From positions 3,942 to 67,941 of IMG/VR virus record IMGVR_UViG_3300032322_001460: a DNA stretch of 64,000 nt; one strand, 5' to 3'. This DNA is from a virus. The position numbers and the translations under genes are program-made. The notes under the pieces were generated by a model. That model was not told the origin of the DNA. It made no database searches and was given only the letters and a program-made list of their open reading frames with translations. Every line of letters starts with the position of its first letter. The first letter of the stretch is position 1. Of the stretch, positions 49,378-59,359 are shown one piece after another.

Positions 49378-52300
49378 TTAATTCGTATTGTTAACAATCG
49401 TAGTAGGCGATGCTCTTAATTCTATAGCATTAATACTAGAGACTATTTCTATATCGTCAACTGTGGCTCCACTAACAAAAATTTCATCTGATCTACTTTG
49501 TATTTCAAACAAACTTCCAAATACCTGAGTAGATTGCTTAGGTAATATAACCAAATTGCTAATGTCCGGCGATACTGTATTTGTTATATAAGTTATTAAT
49601 TCGCCTAAATAAAATCTATCACCGAAATCCCAATTATTAACATCAAAAAATTCATTAATAGCAGTTATTATCCTAACTTTTAAATCATTATCATTGACAG
49701 ATCTTACACTATTCTTAACTACTTTGAACACTGCTTGAAATTTTGTGTCTGCTGTTGAACCAAACAATACCTTATAATTCACAGGATGATATATAATCTC
49801 ATCGCTGATCGATTTTATAGCATTTAAATTAGAACCAAAACTAATTCTAAGACTTTCGCTCGATGGAGGTTCGGGTTTGGCAACTGCTCCTGCTAGATAA
49901 TTTCTAAAACTAGTGTCGTATGCTCTAGTTAAAAGATATACATCTATAATATTACTAACACTAGGATCTATTCTTCTATCAACATTAGCATTGTGAATGT
50001 ATTGAAATTTAAGATGATCTCTCCCCACTGCTCCTATATAAGAAGGTTCTAACTGAAATGTTCTATTATTATTGCTAGTTCTAACAACACGTTTTATAAC
50101 GTTTTCAGTGCTAGCAGAAAAATAAATTAATTGTTCTAAATCGTAGTTGTCTGGATTTTCGTTTGCTTCGTTATTTCTTACTAATATGCTTTCTACAGTA
50201 GTGTCAATAAATTCAAATATTTGATTTCCAGCTTCGTCGATCACTTCTTTGAAAAATAAGAAACTATTAGAATCTTCGCCTACAATAGATTCAAAAGAAT
50301 CCGGGTCATCGATTATTCCGTCATCGTCATTATCAGAAAATTTAATTTTAATTTGATCAGGAGCTTGATATCCGTCTTCATAACGTATTGTATCAGACAC
50401 TTCAAAATCTATATCTCTTTTTAATTCAGTAATTCTAGAACTGTCTGTATTAATATTTAAAACCACTATTTTATCTTTAATAGATCTTCCAGTATTAGAA
50501 TCAAAAGTTTTCTGATTTGTATCTAAATAAAATCTGTTTTGGCTCCTAGACCCAAATATATAATCTAAACCTCTAATAGTTACAATATATGTACTGCCTT
50601 CTTTTATAAACGATATTAACCACGACGAATCTAATGAGCTACTTGTAGTATCTCCTGCCTTGCCAAGAGAAAAATCAGATAAAGTATTAAGGTTGGCTGC
50701 AGAAATAATTTTCCACGACGACTCAATTTGATCATATCTCAAGCCAAAATTTAATCCATTGGTCATTAAATTTACTATTTCATTTTCTAATGGCACTGAA
50801 AGATTCGTAACAAATTTAGGGACTATGCGGGAGGCAATGGCTCTGGACGGGATAATGTCGTTAAACTCTATAGGACCTCTACCGTTAGGCAAAGCTCCTC
50901 TATCTGCATTTGTACCGTCGCCGACAGCTTTGATTATTTTAGTCCATATATAATTTCTATAATCTGTATCCTGAGATGTTTCGTCAACAAGAATTAGCTT
51001 ATTTTCGTAAAAAACATATTTCTTGCCAACAACCGTCGACTGCGGCACAACAAATTTAATTAAACTATCTACTTTAGCATATTTTAAAGTATTGCTGGTA
51101 TATGTACCTATTTTAAATTTAGTTTCGTCGTCTTTGTTTCTAAAATAACCTGTGCTGTTGTTAACATCGTTAGTTAATTGCACCCATTCTGTTAATGTGT
51201 CAGAAAATGTTATTTTTGTGAATTTAGAAAAATAAAAATTGTAGACATCTGTATCATTGAACACCGGTTCAATCTCATTTCTTATAAAATTTACTATTTC
51301 TAATCTATTAGAAAATTTAAAACTTATTGTTCTTTCAATGTCTTGTTTATAAATGTATCCGTCACTGGCGAATACATTTACAGAACTGTATTTGCCGCTG
51401 GCATCAATAATATCAAAATTTCTAGAAATGCCGCTGGACGTTCTATTCACTGCTTTAACTTTTACAATATCCTGAGATGCACTTAACGGTGCTAGATTAT
51501 AATCTTCACCTGTTATCATTCTGTTCTGTGTGTAATACAACGCAGGAGCATTATTTCTTATAGTGTCAATGTCTTCAGACGAAGAAGCAGAACTCACTGT
51601 GGATTTTAAACTCATCGAAACAGTTAAAGTATGTTCAACCCCTTGTTTGTTTCTATAAGGAATAGAAACATTTATTCCTCTCATTTCTGGCGGTGTTATT
51701 GCATAGGTTAGTCCGTTGCTGATTCTATAAAAAATTCTAAATGTACCTTTAGGTAAATTTCCGTAAACTCCGTCGCCAAAAATTAAATCTATTTGATCAT
51801 TGTTTTTTGTTATTACAGAAAATATATTTCTTACATCATTTACTGTACTGTTATAAGCGATGTTACTTCCTAACAATGCAGAGACTTTGGTCCACTGTTC
51901 CAGCGGGGACCCGTCGCTGTTCAACTTGAATAACCAAATATCGTCGTTGTTTACATTTTCGCTGTCTACACTGATCTTCTCATTAGTAGTTGGTGCCGTA
52001 ATAGCGAAATCAGCTAGTTCTAAACTACCTTGTTTAAACAATGCAAAAAATCCTGTATTAGGGCTAGCAGCACCTCTACTGTCGTTTCTGTATATAAAAC
52101 CAAACTGATTTCCAGGAACAGGTGCTTCTTCGTATATCGATTCGCTATTTGCAAATGATGTACTTAAGATTTCAAATGCCATAGTGCGACCAGCTACAGT
52201 CTTAGAAAATGTGAAAATAGGTACATCGCCTGATGTGGTTCTAAATCTATACTGCTCAGTCGGAATATTTTGTATAGTTGCTTGACCCTGGCTTCGACCA

Positions 52301-52809
52301 AATTCTGTGTTGTCGCTCATAGCAGAATTTAGAACTAAGATGAATTGCTCTAACCAATTAATATTCGTAGGGTCATTCCATATAATAGTTTGAGATTGCA
52401 GATTTCTTCCGTTGCTGTCTAATAAATCTTCTGTTGTACTAACTGTATCAAATTTTAATAATCCCTGGGCCGGTATATTTCTTTTAGCATTATAACTTAG
52501 CATCCTAGCTAAACGCAGGACGCTTTCTTTTTTTTCTGCTAATTCTAAAAAGTTTTCTCTGCTGGCTAAATCTATCCGGAAAGCTAGACTTTGACCTATA
52601 AATGCTATAGCATCAATCAGAGCAAGATATTCAGAACTCTCGATGTAGTCGTTGAAATCTTCAGGATAATTTTCCCTTAGATAGGTAATCATTACCCTTC
52701 TTAAATTCTCAAAATCGTAACTAGTAAAATCAGCATTTTGAAAAGTCTGATAGATAGTTTTCCAATCTTGATTTAAAATTAAATTCGTTTGTCTTAACGT
52801 AGCTGACAT
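49378..52809 (-). CDS. gp6: Baseplate wedge protein, T4 gp6-like
   Basis: 'YDFENLR...FNDYIESS', 'ENFLELA...SVLRLARMLSYN', 'FGDGVYGNLP' and 'TQNRMITGEDY'. Confidence 0.85.
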   Translation of the reverse strand: MSATLRQTNLILNQDWKTIYQTFQNADFTSYDFENLRRVMITYLRENYPEDFNDYIESSEYLALIDAIAFIGQSLAFRIDLASRENFLELAEKKESVLRLARMLSYNAKRNIPAQGLLKFDTVSTTEDLLDSNGRNLQSQTIIWNDPTNINWLEQFILVLNSAMSDNTEFGRSQGQATIQNIPTEQYRFRTTSGDVPIFTFSKTVAGRTMAFEILSTSFANSESIYEEAPVPGNQFGFIYRNDSRGAASPNTGFFALFKQGSLELADFAITAPTTNEKISVDSENVNNDDIWLFKLNSDGSPLEQWTKVSALLGSNIAYNSTVNDVRNIFSVITKNNDQIDLIFGDGVYGNLPKGTFRIFYRISNGLTYAITPPEMRGINVSIPYRNKQGVEHTLTVSMSLKSTVSSASSSEDIDTIRNNAPALYYTQNRMITGEDYNLAPLSASQDIVKVKAVNRTSSGISRNFDIIDASGKYSSVNVFASDGYIYKQDIERTISFKFSNRLEIVNFIRNEIEPVFNDTDVYNFYFSKFTKITFSDTLTEWVQLTNDVNNSTGYFRNKDDETKFKIGTYTSNTLKYAKVDSLIKFVVPQSTVVGKKYVFYENKLILVDETSQDTDYRNYIWTKIIKAVGDGTNADRGALPNGRGPIEFNDIIPSRAIASRIVPKFVTNLSVPLENEIVNLMTNGLNFGLRYDQIESSWKIISAANLNTLSDFSLGKAGDTTSSSLDSSWLISFIKEGSTYIVTIRGLDYIFGSRSQNRFYLDTNQKTFDSNTGRSIKDKIVVLNINTDSSRITELKRDIDFEVSDTIRYEDGYQAPDQIKIKFSDNDDDGIIDDPDSFESIVGEDSNSFLFFKEVIDEAGNQIFEFIDTTVESILVRNNEANENPDNYDLEQLIYFSASTENVIKRVVRTSNNNRTFQLEPSYIGAVGRDHLKFQYIHNANVDRRIDPSVSNIIDVYLLTRAYDTSFRNYLAGAVAKPEPPSSESLRISFGSNLNAIKSISDEIIYHPVNYKVLFGSTADTKFQAVFKVVKNSVRSVNDNDLKVRIITAINEFFDVNNWDFGDRFYLGELITYITNTVSPDISNLVILPKQSTQVFGSLFEIQSRSDEIFVSGATVDDIEIVSSINAIELRASPTTIVNNTN

Positions 52810-52829
52810 CTTAAAGTCCCATATATCAG

Positions 52830-52835
52830 TATTTA
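52830..52835 (-). promoter_or_regulatory. Late promoter core TAAATA
   Basis: Minus strand GTAAATACTGATATATGGGACTTTAAG-ATG; TAAATACTGA is shared with the 27755 site. Confidence 0.6.
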
Positions 52836-52838
52836 CCC

Positions 52839-52861
52839 AAAAAAGTTAACTGGTCAGTTAA
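52839..52861 (-). terminator. Possible weak intrinsic terminator after the gp25-like gene
   Basis: Minus strand TTAACT-GACC-AGTTAA followed by CTTTTTT; the stem is AT-rich. Confidence 0.3.
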
Positions 52862-53291
52862 TGATAGAGTTATTTTTGTCGAACTCAAAAGTCATTCTTT
52901 CATTAATATTAAAAGGAATATAAACAATATCTGCCTCTATTCTTATTCCTTGATCTGTGGCGTCTACTAGAATAGAATTAATCGCTATTCTCGGATCGTA
53001 ATTTATAATAGTTTCAACATCTTCTGAAATTAATCTCTTAACTTCATCTGTAAAATTTTCAAATAGCATATCCCAGATTATAGTACCAAACTCTGGATTT
53101 TCTAGCTTTTCGCCTTTTCTTATATAGAAATGATTGATGATATCTTGTTTTACTAAATCTATATCGTAGAGCTTAAATCCTCTTTTTGATTCGAGAGAAC
53201 TGAATCCTTTGTAGGTAAAAGAACCGGTGTCTTGATCTCCTACGCTGGCTTTGTTTTTAGCTACTACCTGGGTGTTATATAATTTTGCCAT
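52854..53291 (-). CDS. gp25: Baseplate wedge protein, gp25/GPW-like
   Basis: 'RKGEKLENPEFGTIIWDMLFE...IINYDPRI'; lies between the gp5-like and gp6-like genes. Confidence 0.88.
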   Translation of the reverse strand: MAKLYNTQVVAKNKASVGDQDTGSFTYKGFSSLESKRGFKLYDIDLVKQDIINHFYIRKGEKLENPEFGTIIWDMLFENFTDEVKRLISEDVETIINYDPRIAINSILVDATDQGIRIEADIVYIPFNINERMTFEFDKNNSIIN

Positions 53292-53303
53292 TTTGTCTCT
53301 CGC

Positions 53304-55571
53304 TTATATTTTCTTTTCGCCGGACATAATCTGCGAAATCTTAATAGATCCGTTTTTGACCGCAGACGGAACTCCCACCGGCATTTGGACAGGAACAAAA
53401 TGTCCGCTGTCGTTAGCTCCTGCATTGTTATGGATTCCTTGCTGTCTTAAAAATTGTTGTGCAAAACCTGTATAGGCTCCGAGTTTATTCAAGGAATCCC
53501 ACTTACCATCTTTATAGATCAAGATATCTGCTGCGGCTCCATAATTGTGCCAACTGTTTCCGGGACTTGCTGCCTGAGGTCCAGTACCGGCTTTGTATGC
53601 TTCATACAATGCCTTGCTTCGTGCTAGAGGCCGCAGGCATTCTGAAACGCTCATATCCCATCCATCTTTAAAATATTGTTGTATAAATGCCTTGATTGCT
53701 TTAGCGAATACCACTCTTACTGAAGGATCTAAAGTGTTGAGATTTTCAGCTGTACGCTTTCCATATTTGCTAGGTGCAAAGTAATCAGCAGTTAGATTAA
53801 CTCCGCCCGCCGGAATATCAATACTCTCTGGAAATGATGGTTTGCCGGTAGCTGGATCTGGTTTGACCGCATCATAGTCGTTGATTTCTGCAACGTGGGC
53901 TGCGGATGCAGAAACCTTACTGGCATCTGTAGCTGCTTGATGTTCCGACGGTAAGTCGCCGCCATCTTCTCGATCTGTTGCGGTAGGATTTACTTGCTCG
54001 GGTGCATTACTTTCGTGCAGTGCCCAAGGCTCGTGCATAGGAATTCTTTTCATTATGCTAGGAACAGTACCGGCTTGATATTTGCTTTCGGCCCATACAC
54101 CTACAGCAGTTACAAAATTATCGTGTGTGCTTAACGGTGGAGCTGTTGCCGCAGATGTGGCCTGCGCTGCTGTTGCTGCTTTAGGTCCATTAATATCTAC
54201 TCTAGAACCAGAAATAACGATTTTTCCAGAAGCACCGACATCTATAGTCGCTCCAGAAGTAACTTTAAGACTAGAAGAAGAATATATATCAGTGGTTCCC
54301 AAGGAAGTTAATTTTGTATTACCTCCTATAGCTAGATCTAGATTATTTCCTGTGGTAAATTTAGTATCTGTGCCGACTTTATAATCTAACGATTCAGCTA
54401 CAAATACTTTCATATCTAGGCCTGACCTTAGGTGTATGTTCTGTAAAAAATCTCCGTTGAATCTTCCTTTAGCTTTTATATTAACGTTTCTTCCGCATTC
54501 AAGATTAAAATCTCTATCTGCATAAAAATTAAAATCATTTTTTGTATGGACACTTACGCTGTCTTCGGCATAGATATCTATCTTACCGTTGCTGGTAAGT
54601 TCTATCCAGGTCGATCCTTTCGAATTAGCTATGTAAATTAAATCTTCGGTGTTATGTAAAAGAATCTGATGTCCAGTTCTAGTTCTTACTCGAAAATATT
54701 CATTAGCTGGAATTGTCGGGTCGCCTTTTTCTCCGTTTAATACATCTGCGTATTCTCTAGGACCTTGCCCGGCAGGTTTTTTTCTTTGAACTGTGTCATC
54801 ACCGTCATCAAAAACTAATTGTGTACCTCCTAATCTACTCACTGGCACCGGACTAGGTGTTTGACTTTGTTTTAAACCTATAGATTTTCTAATCGCTCCG
54901 TCTCTACGATCTAGAGGGCCAGGAGTAGATATTCCGAAAACCATATTTGGAATATTTCTTCTAGGAGTGCTCTGTGCTGGCCCTCTTACATCGTCCTCTA
55001 ACAACCCCTGTTCTAAAAAACGCTCAACTATCGGGTGTACTGGTTTCTTAACTTTGTCGATTTGCATATTAGTATCTAACGTATTGGCTAATCGATTAAC
55101 TTCTCCTACAGGCAAGGGCTGTGTAGTATTGAATCTTGCTTTATCTGCGTCGGTAAGCTCAACATCGGCAGATGCACCGATAGCTGGAACCATATGATTC
55201 ATAAATCGGCCCGGTACACATCCCATCCAATATCCCTGTGCCGGGTCTCCGTTGATAAAGAAACAAATTACAGTCACTCCAACGTCGGGAGGAACGAACC
55301 ACATTCCGTAAGATTTTTGAGTATCGTTAAAGTCGGTCTTATTTGCACCCATAAATTCATATGCAGTGCTTCCGTAAAAAGGGCTGGCGAAATGCACCGA
55401 ATATGTTTGATTAGCGTCACCGATTAAATTGCCATCTCTTCTTAAAAGAGTAACCTGTAATCCTCCCATAAACGAAGGATCAAGATGGCCCACTACCTTG
55501 GCTAGAAAAGGCCCAGGGCCTATATTTTTTCTTGCTGACGAAGCAGCTGAAGGTCTAGTTTCTCTAGGCAT
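53304..55571 (-). CDS. gp5: Baseplate hub/spike protein (gp5/VgrG-like) with C-terminal M15-family peptidase
   Basis: OB-fold 'DPSFMGGLQV...GMWFVPPDVG...YWMGC'; 'RTRTGHQI'; beta-helix repeats; C-terminal 'LR...SWHNYGAAAD...DSGH'. Confidence 0.78.
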   Translation of the reverse strand: MPRETRPSAASSARKNIGPGPFLAKVVGHLDPSFMGGLQVTLLRRDGNLIGDANQTYSVHFASPFYGSTAYEFMGANKTDFNDTQKSYGMWFVPPDVGVTVICFFINGDPAQGYWMGCVPGRFMNHMVPAIGASADVELTDADKARFNTTQPLPVGEVNRLANTLDTNMQIDKVKKPVHPIVERFLEQGLLEDDVRGPAQSTPRRNIPNMVFGISTPGPLDRRDGAIRKSIGLKQSQTPSPVPVSRLGGTQLVFDDGDDTVQRKKPAGQGPREYADVLNGEKGDPTIPANEYFRVRTRTGHQILLHNTEDLIYIANSKGSTWIELTSNGKIDIYAEDSVSVHTKNDFNFYADRDFNLECGRNVNIKAKGRFNGDFLQNIHLRSGLDMKVFVAESLDYKVGTDTKFTTGNNLDLAIGGNTKLTSLGTTDIYSSSSLKVTSGATIDVGASGKIVISGSRVDINGPKAATAAQATSAATAPPLSTHDNFVTAVGVWAESKYQAGTVPSIMKRIPMHEPWALHESNAPEQVNPTATDREDGGDLPSEHQAATDASKVSASAAHVAEINDYDAVKPDPATGKPSFPESIDIPAGGVNLTADYFAPSKYGKRTAENLNTLDPSVRVVFAKAIKAFIQQYFKDGWDMSVSECLRPLARSKALYEAYKAGTGPQAASPGNSWHNYGAAADILIYKDGKWDSLNKLGAYTGFAQQFLRQQGIHNNAGANDSGHFVPVQMPVGVPSAVKNGSIKISQIMSGEKKI

Positions 55572-57904
55572 TATTCACCTTCCGATCCATATATAAATGT
55601 AGTAGGATCTTTTTTCTCAATCTCTGGTTCTTTGTACAATAGAGTTTGTGTTTTAATAATACTTTCCTTACCAACGTAATCTTGAGGTTGTCCTGTCATT
55701 CTAATACATCTAATTGTTTGAGTAAAAATTCCGCCGCTAAATTTGTTATCACATTTAGTGACTTTATAAATTCCGCTGAACGGACTTACTATTTCTCCTT
55801 TAGGAAAATTATATAATCCTCCTTGCCCTGTGGTTCCTAAATTAGGTTCGATCGGAGTTCTGAATGTTATGTATACGTATACATCGCTGCCTTCGTAATT
55901 CATCGTAAGATCAGAATTTGTTTGACTATTTGGTCCCTTATCTGCAATATAATTTCCTAGACCTGTGTCTACTAGCCAATAAGGATCTCCTAATATTTCT
56001 ATGTTTAAGTTTATTAAATCTGCGCTATTTTTTAAGAAAGCATTTTGAAAGGCATCTGCTACTCGTCGCTCAGTCGACACATCATTAGATCCTCCCACCG
56101 CAGGAGGCAATCCGGCGTCAGGATCTGGTTTAACTGGTTTGGCTCCTGCTGTGTTAGATAGGCCGCCCGGAGCTCCTCCCTCTTGTAGTTCTGTTGTTGT
56201 TTTAGGATCTTTAGCAGCATCATTTAAATCTCTACTTTGATTATTAGCTGTTTCACTTGGCGGAGAAATCGGCCTGCCTGTATAAAACATATTGTCAATG
56301 TCAATATCAAATTTTAACAGATCGTTGTTTAATCCGGTATAGATGTAATTGTATTGCTTGGCTATAATTTTTTGAAGCTCTTGAAATCCTGGCGGAGCTG
56401 CTGTAGGATTTTTAAATATGCTGCTGTGAACTTTAAACGGTATTAGTCTATAAATTATTCTTTTAGCATAGTCATTTCTTTTAAGATCAAAATCTAATAA
56501 CTGTATCTGAGCATCTATTCTAAACCAATTGATGTGGCCTGTTTCATCGAGATATTTTGGATCTATAGCACGTTTAGCGTAATCGCTACTTAATACACAT
56601 TGAGTTATAATTTCTGTCAATGTTTGTCCTTGAGCAAATCTAAATTCCCTAATCTTCGGGTCAATGGTCATTTTATTTCTTTGCACTAATCCTGTTTTTT
56701 CGTCTCGGACATCACCTTCTAATTTACTAACATAATTTCCGCCCGAGGTAGGTTGAAATCCCATCGAGTTCTTAATATCTCCCAAAGGTCCGTTACCGTA
56801 ATTTGCAGGTTCTTGAGATTTAGATCCTATGTTCTGTTCACTGATAATTGTCGGTGGGGCTGACGCTTTATCGATAGTAACATTCTGGGTTGGTTCTAAT
56901 CCTATCTTATCGCTAGCGTCTGTAGGGAATACAATTTCATACTTGTCAGGTATTCCTCCCTCTTTTGCTTTAATTGTTCTTTCTCTTGTGTTTAACACTG
57001 TTGCAAGACTTTTAGGGCCAGTAACTAACAATTCTTTTAGGGTGTCACCGGTGATTGCAATGTCACTGAAACTTTGATTTATAGTGTTTGAAAATCCTTG
57101 ATGGCTATACGGAACACATTCTACCTTATAGCTACTGCCGCCTTCATTTACAGAAAATTTTACTTTTTTAAGTTTTACTGTCCAGTATCTTGCGAGAGCA
57201 TCTGAGCTTGCAAATATTTTTCCGTCATCGGTATATCCTACAAATTCTAATTTTAGCAGATACGGTGCATTATCTAAGTAAGAAGGCCATCCAGCATTTA
57301 TGGCCGCTGTCTGCATACTTTGTAAGAGTAGACCCATACTGTAAGGTTCGATAATATCAAAACTATAGGCTATGGCATTCGAATTTCCTGTTTTTTCTGT
57401 AGCTGCTACAAAAGTATTCATGACAAAATTGTCTACATAATATTCAGGTTGGCCGTTTACGGTATTAGATCTATTAGCATCAAATCTTCCTGCAGAAGCA
57501 AACACTATAGAAGACTGAGTTTTTTTGCCGTCTTTGTTAGTATAAGATTCATTTAGCCACATAGAAGAATTGCCTCTATAACTCCTAGGATCATTATATT
57601 GTTTTGGAGTCAAACAGGCCATAGACCAAAGATATGTGTAAGATGCAAATCTTTCTAACGGATTTGAAAAAGGGGGACCGCTTGGAGCAGAATTTTGTCC
57701 TATTTCTGGCATCGATCCTGTTTTATTTTTATCTTGTAAAAATGCAACTCCGGGAACCATGGTCGCTCCGGCAACTACTGTTCCGGTCGTCCTAGATACA
57801 GAATTTTGAGGAACTGTGATATTTTCTAGAACGCTGCTAACAGACGGTGAACCATCTGGTCTCAAATAATTTGTTATTTCTCTTCCTAGGTTTCTAATGG
57901 CCAT
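55571..57904 (-). CDS. Baseplate hub protein (gp27/gp44-like, tentative)
   Basis: Lies between the gp53-like and gp5-like genes; C-terminal 'IEILGDPYW...FSGIYKVTKCDNKFSGGIFTQTI'. Confidence 0.6.
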   Translation of the reverse strand: MAIRNLGREITNYLRPDGSPSVSSVLENITVPQNSVSRTTGTVVAGATMVPGVAFLQDKNKTGSMPEIGQNSAPSGPPFSNPLERFASYTYLWSMACLTPKQYNDPRSYRGNSSMWLNESYTNKDGKKTQSSIVFASAGRFDANRSNTVNGQPEYYVDNFVMNTFVAATEKTGNSNAIAYSFDIIEPYSMGLLLQSMQTAAINAGWPSYLDNAPYLLKLEFVGYTDDGKIFASSDALARYWTVKLKKVKFSVNEGGSSYKVECVPYSHQGFSNTINQSFSDIAITGDTLKELLVTGPKSLATVLNTRERTIKAKEGGIPDKYEIVFPTDASDKIGLEPTQNVTIDKASAPPTIISEQNIGSKSQEPANYGNGPLGDIKNSMGFQPTSGGNYVSKLEGDVRDEKTGLVQRNKMTIDPKIREFRFAQGQTLTEIITQCVLSSDYAKRAIDPKYLDETGHINWFRIDAQIQLLDFDLKRNDYAKRIIYRLIPFKVHSSIFKNPTAAPPGFQELQKIIAKQYNYIYTGLNNDLLKFDIDIDNMFYTGRPISPPSETANNQSRDLNDAAKDPKTTTELQEGGAPGGLSNTAGAKPVKPDPDAGLPPAVGGSNDVSTERRVADAFQNAFLKNSADLINLNIEILGDPYWLVDTGLGNYIADKGPNSQTNSDLTMNYEGSDVYVYITFRTPIEPNLGTTGQGGLYNFPKGEIVSPFSGIYKVTKCDNKFSGGIFTQTIRCIRMTGQPQDYVGKESIIKTQTLLYKEPEIEKKDPTTFIYGSEGE

Positions 57905-57905
57905 A

Positions 57906-58205
57906 TTAGACTCCTAGATATTTTTGAAGATTAGATTTTTTTGGACAAAAAATTTTAACTCCGGGTTCAAAATCAAAAATAGGATCTGACAATACTTCTA
58001 GGTTTCGTTGTGTGAATACCCACCAAAGTTTCGAATCACCGTATAGATCATAAGCTAATAAATCTGGTCTATTCTTATATTGATTTTCTATTGTGTAAAG
58101 AAAATCATCTTTTTCTGCAGGAACTGGTCTAATTTCTAGAAGTTCTAGATAGAAATTATTTTGCCTAGTATTGTACCAAGGAGACGATTTCTTATAGTTG
58201 GCCAT
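57906..58205 (-). CDS. Baseplate wedge protein, gp53/LysM-like
   Basis: 'RPDLLAYDLYGDSKLWWVF'. Confidence 0.78.
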   Translation of the reverse strand: MANYKKSSPWYNTRQNNFYLELLEIRPVPAEKDDFLYTIENQYKNRPDLLAYDLYGDSKLWWVFTQRNLEVLSDPIFDFEPGVKIFCPKKSNLQKYLGV

Positions 58206-58206
58206 A

Positions 58207-59286
58207 TTACATATATCCTACAATTTCGCCATTGGCGAATTTTTTTAGATCGAATTGTCGCAATCTTGTTCTATTGTAGATCGGTGAAACTACAACTGAA
58301 ATTTCGCTGAAAACAGGAACCCAAGTAGGTTTACCTCCTTTCATACATTTTATGTAATTAACGTCGCTAGGCAACGTCACTGAAAAACTTTTTATAATAA
58401 TTGGAACATTATTAAAGATTCTTGATCCGTATCCTGATAGGTTGCAGACCACAGGAGGATTACCGACATTATCTCCAGAACCAAAAAACATCTTGGTCGC
58501 AGTCTTGAAAAAAGTAGTAGCTTCTATCCAGTACTCTGCATCAGTTTCTGTTTCACAACTAAAATCTCCGCTTATAGTAATATCGTCTACTTGACTATTC
58601 TTATAGCCATAAAAAGGCTGATTGTTATGAACTACCTCTATTGTAGAATAATTCGCCTTAGTCGAAACTGTGATATTAGGAGTATAAGGCCAAACAACTC
58701 CGTTAGTACCTACTAGTCTGTCAAACGCATTGCCAAACAAACCGAAATTACAATTAATACGAACACGCCAGTCGTCTTGTGTCCCTGGTGTAACTGCAAC
58801 AAATGATCCTGTTTGTTTAAAAAGTTCGCCGCCGCTGGGGAGGTTTCGTCCTCGGCCTAGGCTTAATATATTGTTAAGCACACCCGCTGCACCAGAGATA
58901 GAAGATGCTAAATTTCTAATTCCTGTGCCTAATCCGCCAGAAGCTAAACCTAATTTATCTATAGATTGTCCAATTTCTGCAGCCCTTGTGGATATTTCTC
59001 CTGCCGAAGGAAAACTTTGTACAACATTGCTAAGTCCCCCCATTGCTGTTTTTGCAGCCCCAGCTGCTGAATCAAATCCGCTTTTAAGTCCTCCGGGTAG
59101 GCCGCCTAGCGGGCCTAAACCACTGTTTACTCCGCCGCTCAATTGTCCTACTTTAGCATTTAAGTCTGCCTTAATGGAACCAAATTTTTCTGATACAGCA
59201 GATGTGTCGGCGGTCGCTGTAGCTGCAGAGATCTGAGAAGACACTGTTGCAACTAATTTGGATAAAGGATTTATAGACAATGGCAT
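58207..59286 (-). CDS. Tail-tube initiator-like baseplate protein (gp48/gp54-like, tentative)
   Basis: C-terminal 'PYTPNI...ITISGDF...PPVVCNLSGYG..IFNNVPIIIKSFSV'; G/A/S-rich N-terminal half. Confidence 0.6.
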   Translation of the reverse strand: MPLSINPLSKLVATVSSQISAATATADTSAVSEKFGSIKADLNAKVGQLSGGVNSGLGPLGGLPGGLKSGFDSAAGAAKTAMGGLSNVVQSFPSAGEISTRAAEIGQSIDKLGLASGGLGTGIRNLASSISGAAGVLNNILSLGRGRNLPSGGELFKQTGSFVAVTPGTQDDWRVRINCNFGLFGNAFDRLVGTNGVVWPYTPNITVSTKANYSTIEVVHNNQPFYGYKNSQVDDITISGDFSCETETDAEYWIEATTFFKTATKMFFGSGDNVGNPPVVCNLSGYGSRIFNNVPIIIKSFSVTLPSDVNYIKCMKGGKPTWVPVFSEISVVVSPIYNRTRLRQFDLKKFANGEIVGYM

Positions 59287-59305
59287 TAAAAATCTCCGTA
59301 TAGTC

Positions 59306-59311
59306 TATTTA
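59306..59311 (-). promoter_or_regulatory. Late promoter core TAAATA heading the baseplate operon
   Basis: Minus strand AATAAATAGACTATACGGAGATTTTTA-ATG. Confidence 0.6.
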
Positions 59312-59325
59312 TTTCTTTAAAAATG

Positions 59326-59334
59326 TGCTATTAT
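59326..59334 (+). promoter_or_regulatory. Possible extended -10 promoter for the sigma-factor gene
   Basis: TG-C-TATTAT followed by an AGGAG SD at 59345-59349. Confidence 0.4.
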
Positions 59335-59359
59335 ATAAGTATTAGGAGATCCTCAAACT

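Noticed and set aside
58730-59236. 168-aa Pro-rich + strand ORF
   Set aside because: Antisense shadow of the Gly/Ala/Ser-rich N-terminus of the gp48-like gene.
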